Source: an uncultured Candidatus Saccharibacteria bacterium (GTDB lineage: Bacteria > Patescibacteriota > Saccharimonadia > CAILAD01 > GCA-016700035). Taken from it: a stretch of DNA of 64,000 nucleotides. Below are positions 58,373 through 64,000 of the stretch, one piece after another. The translations under genes and the position numbers were made by a program. A model generated the notes under the pieces. It did no database searches. It was given only the letters and a program-made list of their open reading frames with translations, and had not been told where the DNA came from. The stretch is taken from positions 16,843-80,842 of the forward strand of contig CAYMMM010000002.1 in the NCBI GenBank assembly GCA_964391595.1. Reading direction: 5' to 3'. Numbering within the stretch: position 1 is the stretch's first letter; every line of letters starts with the position of its first letter.

Positions 58373-59125
58373 ATGAACTCATTCTTTACCCCTCGCTCAC
58401 AGCCTTTTATCATCGCTCATCGCGGTGCTTCTGGAGATGCACCAGAAAACACACTCGCAGCCTTCCGCGAAGCCATCAAGCAAAAAGCAGACGCTCTCGA
58501 GCTTGACGTACAGCTCACACGCGACGAGAGGCTCGTCATTATGCATGACCCCACCCTGCAACGTACCACCCGAGGGCGCGGATTCGTCTCGAAGAAGCGC
58601 CTTCACGAGATCCAAAAATACTCCGCGGGAAGTTGGTTTGGTCCAGGACATACAGCGGAGCGCGCACCTAGCTTAGAGGAAGTCTTTGAGGCTTTTGGTG
58701 ACAAGACAAACTATGTGATCGAGCTCAAGTTCTACGAACGTCGGGGACATTTCTTTGCACATAAGGTACTCCAGGCAGTAGACGACCACAAACTCCTTGA
58801 CCACTGTCTTTTCCTGTCATTCAGCCCATTCTTACTCGCACAGCTCAAACGTATAGAGCCAGAAGCTAAAACCTGCCTTGCTTTTGTACCTATAGGTGAT
58901 CTGCTCCCGTCCCGATTGCTCACCAGCTCAGCCGATGTCCTAGCACTTGCTTCACAGTCTGTGAGTAAGTCGTATATGCAGAAGTTACGACGCCGTAATA
59001 AGCCGATCAATATCTGGGCGAAGGCTCACCGCCATGAAGATTTTGACCACGAGCTCGCTGTTGGTGCTGACTTCATAACAACCAATCACCCGCGTGCCCT
59101 GCGTGAGCATCTCCGTGAGAAATAA
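58373..59125 (+). CDS. Glycerophosphodiester phosphodiesterase
   Basis: IAHRGAS..APENT, ELDV, HD, IELK, ITTNHP. Confidence 0.95.
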   Translation: MNSFFTPRSQPFIIAHRGASGDAPENTLAAFREAIKQKADALELDVQLTRDERLVIMHDPTLQRTTRGRGFVSKKRLHEIQKYSAGSWFGPGHTAERAPSLEEVFEAFGDKTNYVIELKFYERRGHFFAHKVLQAVDDHKLLDHCLFLSFSPFLLAQLKRIEPEAKTCLAFVPIGDLLPSRLLTSSADVLALASQSVSKSYMQKLRRRNKPINIWAKAHRHEDFDHELAVGADFITTNHPRALREHLREK

Positions 59126-60584
59126 GCAAAAACTACCATCGGTATCGTACAAAATTGATCTGGTCACAGATCACAGCCCTACACTGACCAACTATAAGAA
59201 AACAATTTTCATAGCTGGCATCGCACTGCTATTGGCCAGCTTCGTAGGCTTCGGTGGCTATCTGTTTTTCACTAAATACAAGGCGCTACCAAGCACTTCA
59301 AATCTCAATGTTGAGGTGCGCAAGCGGATCACGTATGCCTTTGATGGCGTAAGCGAACAAGAGCAAGCCGATACCACACAACTACTCCGCACCTATGCTA
59401 CCAAGCACAACTACGATCTCTTGGTAGCTAGTGGCACACCTGCTGACATAACTATCGCATCTACGACCGAACCAGATGATATACGACTGACAACAAAGAG
59501 CGAAATCAAACTCACCGACATCACTTCGGGCACGCCGCTTAGTAACAATGCCAAGACTCTGAGCCTACGACTGAAGAAAAGCCTGGATGAAAGTGAGAAA
59601 AAAGCTCTCACCGAAGCCTTTGCGCCAGCATACGCATCGAGCCCGAGAAGCTGGACTTACTTGGCGGTTGGTGACATCATCCCTGCACGCGACGTCTACA
59701 CCTACTCCAAGCGAAACGGCTTTTTATTCCCCTACGCCAAGATCAGCGACACACTTAAAAGCGCAGATCTCACCGTCACAAATGTAGAGACAACCATTGC
59801 CGATGGGCAAGCCAACGGCGAAGGAGCAGGCATGATGGTTTTCACTGCTCCCAGTAAGGCATTTGACGGTCTCGTAGCTTCGGGTATCGACGGGATAAAT
59901 CTCGCGAACAACCACTCGATGAATGGTGGCAGCCAGAAAGTTACCGAGATGCTCACAGGTCTCGATGTTCGCAAGATCGGTCACTTCGGTGTCAGTACCA
60001 CAAATGGTATCAATACCTGGGCTACAACCGTCAATGGCATCAAAGTCATTCACCTGAGCTTTAACACAGTTCCTGGCAGCATTGATCCTACAGCGAGCAC
60101 ACCAGGAGCACGGCGCATTCCACTTAAGCCGTGGGGCAGCTTATCCGAAAGTGACGTAGCCTTTGTGCAAGGTCAAATTAAGGCAGCGAAGCAATCTGCC
60201 GATGTGGTCATACCCTGGTTTCAATGGGGTACCGAATACACACATGATGCAAATGACGAACAGCGCCGTCTCGCCCACGCGGCAATTGATGCTGGTGCCG
60301 AGACAGTAATCGGCACCCACCCGCACTGGACTCAAGGTATCGAGTGGTACAATGGGCACTTCATCGCCTACTCCCTCGGCAACTTCATCTTCGACCAAAA
60401 CTGGAGCGACGAAACTCGTCGGTCTTTCGCAGCGCAGATTACCTTCACCGGGACAAAAGTGACGGGCGTGCAACTCATGCCTGCATATATTGAAAACTGG
60501 GTGCAACCGCGCTTCCTCGCCCCATCAGAAGCACTGTACAAGCAAATTCTCAGTGATGTAGCTGCGCACTCCTGGTGGCAATAA
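59115..60584 (+). CDS. CapA-family metallophosphatase-like membrane protein
   Basis: TM; AVGDI, NVE, LANNH, WGTEY, GTHPH, YSLGNFIFDQ; start uncertain. Confidence 0.9.
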   Translation: MRNKQKLPSVSYKIDLVTDHSPTLTNYKKTIFIAGIALLLASFVGFGGYLFFTKYKALPSTSNLNVEVRKRITYAFDGVSEQEQADTTQLLRTYATKHNYDLLVASGTPADITIASTTEPDDIRLTTKSEIKLTDITSGTPLSNNAKTLSLRLKKSLDESEKKALTEAFAPAYASSPRSWTYLAVGDIIPARDVYTYSKRNGFLFPYAKISDTLKSADLTVTNVETTIADGQANGEGAGMMVFTAPSKAFDGLVASGIDGINLANNHSMNGGSQKVTEMLTGLDVRKIGHFGVSTTNGINTWATTVNGIKVIHLSFNTVPGSIDPTASTPGARRIPLKPWGSLSESDVAFVQGQIKAAKQSADVVIPWFQWGTEYTHDANDEQRRLAHAAIDAGAETVIGTHPHWTQGIEWYNGHFIAYSLGNFIFDQNWSDETRRSFAAQITFTGTKVTGVQLMPAYIENWVQPRFLAPSEALYKQILSDVAAHSWWQ

Positions 60585-60607
60585 TGTCCGCCAGATAGAC
60601 ACGCGAC

Positions 60608-60636
60608 TTGAAATTCTTACGCTAATCTGCTAGAAT
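60608..60636 (+). promoter_or_regulatory. sigma70 promoter
   Basis: TTGAAA-17nt-TAGAAT with extended TG. Confidence 0.7.
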
Positions 60637-60663
60637 AGTACCTGTCACTCGATAGTGACGACT

Positions 60664-61254
60664 ATGAACCACACAATTCGACCAAAAACAAAATTCGCTC
60701 AATATCTGAAAGCATTCAAGCGATCAGAGGATAACGCATTGATTGCAGTAGCCGTGATTTCATCGGCTCTTGCAGTGAGTGCGCTTTTTATTCCTCAGAC
60801 GTACCAACAAGCATCTGCTACTACCGAGCTTGATCTCGAAACAGCCCACACGCTCTGTCTGCAGGCCAATTCTGCCTCGGAGTGCGACGCCCTTGTACAA
60901 CGCATAGCTGCCACCAAGCCCAAGCCAATTGCCGGTGACCCGATGCGGCCTTATAAGCCCTTCTCAAACTGTCGCGATGCGGTCGATTATATCTTCAATG
61001 ACCGCACAGATTACGCACGTGCTATCGAGGTCGTATATCGAGAGTCGACCAACAACCCAAACGCTCGTCGCCCAGGAAGCCAATACGCTGGTTGTGCTCA
61101 GCTCTCGACTACCCTTCAAGCCACCTTCTTGCGCGGCCCATGGAACGACGCCTACTATAACGTACTCGCCCTTCGAGATGCGGTCGACAACCCTCGTTGG
61201 GGCTGGTGCCACTGGGATCTGGTAAATTACTGTGGCGCAGGTGGCGAGTTCTAA
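60664..61254 (+). CDS. Membrane-anchored lysozyme-like/SLT transglycosylase domain protein
   Basis: TM; 'VVYREST.NPNA....QYAGCAQL...N...A....GW..W' matches the lytic transglycosylase ES/G.xQ/GW..W pattern. Confidence 0.7.
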   Translation: MNHTIRPKTKFAQYLKAFKRSEDNALIAVAVISSALAVSALFIPQTYQQASATTELDLETAHTLCLQANSASECDALVQRIAATKPKPIAGDPMRPYKPFSNCRDAVDYIFNDRTDYARAIEVVYRESTNNPNARRPGSQYAGCAQLSTTLQATFLRGPWNDAYYNVLALRDAVDNPRWGWCHWDLVNYCGAGGEF

Positions 61255-61309
61255 TGAATACACTCCAGTCAGCCCGTATGAAGCATGGTCCGTAACACTA
61301 TCGAAACTA

Positions 61310-61338
61310 TTGCTTTTTTATTGATAATCTGCTAAAAT
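61310..61338 (+). promoter_or_regulatory. sigma70 promoter
   Basis: TTGCTT-17nt-TAAAAT with extended TG. Confidence 0.65.
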
Positions 61339-61549
61339 AAAGAAGACCGTCAAACCAGTCTGAATCCCTCAGGGAGTACACTCTACATAAGAGACATACG
61401 CAAACCTGAGAGACTGAGACCTTGAGCTTAGTCACGTTCTAGAATCATTCGAGACACACTCGAGACGTGGTAAGGATAGCTCACAAGCTGACGATCACCC
61501 AAGAAGGGAGCGCAACCCCCGCGCCCCTGTGTACCTGGAAGGCAAGAAC

Positions 61550-62134
61550 ATGCATGCACCTCGAAAGAGGCCCCGAAGTCCGAAGCTGGCCGCGCTGCTC
61601 ATCATCGCAGCAATCGCTGTCTTTGGCTCGGCCTGCGACTACAACCCCATCCTCGGCTTCGCGCCGAGCGATCTGCAGGCCTTCAACGCCCTACACGGCA
61701 CCAACGTCACGATGGAGGATGCCAACGCCGCCTGTGCGCAACTGAACGCCGCTGGTGACCCGACCAAGTGCCAGAAGACGGTCGACTACCTGAACGGCCT
61801 CAAGCTGTCGCAGGCCCGCAAGAAGCCGGTGCCACCGACGGTCGCGGCCGTCAGCTGGTATGACCCGGCTGGGCTCGGTGGCATGTGTGCCTCAGGGCCC
61901 TGCCCGCCGAACAACAGCTTCTCGTGCGCGCACAAGACCGCGCAATTCGGGACGCTGCTCAGACTGACCAAGAACGGGCGATCCATCGTCTGCACGGTCG
62001 TCGACAGAGGGCCGTACATCTCAGGCCGTGCGGTGGACCTCTTCCCTGCGCCCGCAGAAGCGCTGGGCCTGAAGGGGCCAACAAGAAACTCAGGACCCGG
62101 TGTCTTGAGTGGCGTCACCATCGCCATGGCCTAG
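61550..62134 (+). CDS. RlpA-like (DPBB) lipoprotein, putative lytic transglycosylase
   Basis: Lipobox FGSAC; SWY, CAHKT..FGT.L.L, V.DRGPY..GR.VDL motifs. Confidence 0.88.
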   Translation: MHAPRKRPRSPKLAALLIIAAIAVFGSACDYNPILGFAPSDLQAFNALHGTNVTMEDANAACAQLNAAGDPTKCQKTVDYLNGLKLSQARKKPVPPTVAAVSWYDPAGLGGMCASGPCPPNNSFSCAHKTAQFGTLLRLTKNGRSIVCTVVDRGPYISGRAVDLFPAPAEALGLKGPTRNSGPGVLSGVTIAMA

Positions 62135-62174
62135 TCGCCACACGCGACACACACTCATGGCGGGATCCACGAGA

Positions 62175-62216
62175 AGGGTGGGAGGACTTCGGTCTTCCCA
62201 CCCTCTTCTTTTCTTT
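62175..62216 (+). terminator. Intrinsic terminator
   Basis: AGGGTGGGAGGAC-TTCG-GTCTTCCCACCCT followed by T-rich tract. Confidence 0.85.
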
Positions 62217-62616
62217 ATTCTGATTTTTTCTTCAGATCCAGGCTTGCTGAATTGATACAAAATCTCTGGCCGGTGGTCTCAGTTGGGCCATCTTCAAACA
62301 TGTGCCCGAGATGAGCGCCGCAGCGGCTACAGACCACTTCCGTGCGAGTCATGCCATGACTCTCATCTGATCGCATCTCTACACTACCCGGAACCGCGCG
62401 GTCGAAGCTTGGCCATCCAGAACCTGATTCAAACTTATGCTCACTATCAAAAAGCACTTGCCCGCATACTTTGCACGTGTACGTCCCGTCAGCATGTTCG
62501 TCCCAATACTTGCCGGTAAATGGTGCCTCGGTGCCGGCATTTTGCGTAACCTCATACTCGTGCTCACTCAACCGAGCCTTGAGCTCTTCATCGCTTGGCT
62601 TCTTGAAATCACTCAT
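62215..62616 (-). CDS. msrB: Peptide methionine (R)-sulfoxide reductase
   Basis: GTEAPF, SGSGWPSF, HLGH.F.DGP, RFCINS; start ATG 62616 overlaps upstream TGA. Confidence 0.97.
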   Translation of the reverse strand: MSDFKKPSDEELKARLSEHEYEVTQNAGTEAPFTGKYWDEHADGTYTCKVCGQVLFDSEHKFESGSGWPSFDRAVPGSVEMRSDESHGMTRTEVVCSRCGAHLGHMFEDGPTETTGQRFCINSASLDLKKKSE

Positions 62617-64000
62617 TTCTTCAATTCCTCCACCCAATCCTTAATGATCGCAAACCCACCGCGCCAGAAATCAGCACTCGTCATGTCCACACCCACCTCC
62701 ATCAATACTTCATGAGGATCACGCGAGGCACCTGCGGCTAGAACTGCCTCGATCTTGGCCACAAACGGCTTACCTTCCTGCTTATAGCGCGCGTACAGCG
62801 AGAGACTGAGCAGCTCACCAAAGCTATAGGCGTAGCAATAAAACGGTGTATGCACGATGTGTGGGATATAGGCCCATTCATGCTTGAAAACATCATCAAC
62901 CTCTACTGCATCGCCAAACTGCGAGTGGAGTGTTTCAAGCCAGAGTCGATCAAGCTCAGGCACACCAGCACCCCCAGGGATCGCCTTATGCGCCTCGATC
63001 TCAAACTTCACAAAGTACGTCTGACGACATATCGTCGCATAGCTATCCGCCACCTTTTCTGCAATCATCGCTTTGCGTTCGTCGACATCTGATATGCCGG
63101 CGAGCATATTCTCAAAAAGCAGCATCTCGCCAAATGTCGAGGCCGTCTCGGCAAGCGGTAGATTAGCGACCACACTCGAGATCGGAAGGTGCGACGCGTA
63201 CATGAAATGCACGCCGTGTCCGAGCTCGTGTGCTAGCGTACTGACGTCACGCGCCTTACCGGTGTAGTTCAAGAACACATACGGATGAATGTCTGGGGTT
63301 ACAAAGCTACAAAATGCACCACCGCGCTTGGTCGGTGACGGATGCGAATCCACGTGCTTCTGATCAACGATCATGCGGGCTTTTGCTGCAAACTCGGGTG
63401 AGAATTCCGTGAAGCTCTTGAGGGTCAAATCGACTGCCTCGTTATAGCGATACTCTTGCTGACTTTCGCCGACTGGCGCGTAGATATCAAAGCGTCGCAA
63501 CTTGTCGAGACCAAGCTGATCCTTTTTCCAACGGAAGAAATCTTGGAAGAGTACGCTCTCCTCCTCACAGACCTGTAGCAGCGTCTCAATCGCCCCGTCC
63601 GGGATGTGATTTGCTGCGTTGCGCATCGAGATTGAGCTCTCGTACCCACGCAACTTCGCCTCATATACCCAATCCTTCACGACCGCCTGGTAGATCTTGA
63701 AAAACTTTTCCTTCTGGGCTTCGTAGGGCACATACAGTGCCCGATAAGCGGCCTCGCGGGTCGCAGCTTCTGGAGCGTACACATGCCGCATGAGCTCTGA
63801 GTTGGTCTTAAAGACTTGCTTTTTACCGTTTATCTCGGCGGTGAATTCGAAATCCGTCTCGATCGCTTCGCGTAAGTCAGTCAACACGCCCACTCCCGTC
63901 GTGTCCTTGTGTGTGATGATACTTTCGGACTCAAGCGAAAGAGTATGTTTCGCCATCTTGCGGGAGTATGTCAGCGAGTATGTTTGCCCTTCTACGGCGG
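62613..64000 (-). CDS. pepF: Oligoendopeptidase F (M3), partial, starts beyond window
   Basis: KRGGAF, TLAHELGHGVH, LAETASTF.E, FYCYAY; frame open to window end. Confidence 0.93.
   Translation of the reverse strand, partial: AVEGQTYSLTYSRKMAKHTLSLESESIITHKDTTGVGVLTDLREAIETDFEFTAEINGKKQVFKTNSELMRHVYAPEAATREAAYRALYVPYEAQKEKFFKIYQAVVKDWVYEAKLRGYESSISMRNAANHIPDGAIETLLQVCEEESVLFQDFFRWKKDQLGLDKLRRFDIYAPVGESQQEYRYNEAVDLTLKSFTEFSPEFAAKARMIVDQKHVDSHPSPTKRGGAFCSFVTPDIHPYVFLNYTGKARDVSTLAHELGHGVHFMYASHLPISSVVANLPLAETASTFGEMLLFENMLAGISDVDERKAMIAEKVADSYATICRQTYFVKFEIEAHKAIPGGAGVPELDRLWLETLHSQFGDAVEVDDVFKHEWAYIPHIVHTPFYCYAYSFGELLSLSLYARYKQEGKPFVAKIEAVLAAGASRDPHEVLMEVGVDMTSADFWRGGFAIIKDWVEELKK

Noticed and set aside
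61358-61549. c-di-AMP (ydaO) riboswitch
   Set aside because: CTGAATCC is present but the GGAACC, GGGGTGAA and CCCGAACCCGTCAGC elements are missing
1-64000. CRISPR array, tRNA/rRNA, integrase, transposase, prophage, DGR
   Set aside because: No regularly spaced repeats, cloverleafs, recombinase/transposase motifs or reverse transcriptase seen by eye
1-64000. Alternative genetic code (TGA=Gly as in Gracilibacteria/Absconditabacteria)
   Set aside because: TGA terminates conserved genes at expected ends (recA, ftsK, pilM, truB) and long ORFs are intact under code 11

Overview
Chromosomal segment of a small-genome monoderm bacterium, most consistent with Patescibacteria/CPR and probably Saccharibacteria. 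This is inferred from the gene set, the type IV pilus locus lacking PilQ/PilP, and the standard code with TGA as stop. Positions 1-15.9 kb hold a type IV pilus cluster on the minus strand: PilX/W/V/FimU-like minor pilins, pilD, a major pilin, pilC/T/B, pilM/N/O and a 1027-aa secreted adhesin-like protein. Positions 16-46 kb are mostly core genes (ychF, efp, rpsF-ssb-rpsR, recA-recX, ftsK, rnj, udg, pnp, rpsO, truB, rpsT, holA, mutM, polA, dnaG-rpoD). Positions 46-64 kb mix repair, cell-wall and accessory genes (arginase, murE, mutY-like, LCP, rarA, alkD, glpQ, CapA, two putative lytic transglycosylases, msrB, pepF). I saw no tRNA, rRNA, CRISPR array or transposase. The main oddities are: (i) two sequence-divergent but structurally co-varying ERIC-like ~118-nt elements, each exactly 2 nt after the stop codon of a ribosomal-protein gene; (ii) two G/C-codon-biased genes (SPFH and an RlpA-like lipoprotein), each with its own promoter, long hairpin-rich leader and downstream hairpin; (iii) an unannotated 22-24 aa hydrophobic peptide gene; (iv) an arginase head-to-head with a non-DNPR MurE; (v) pervasive leaderless gene starts.
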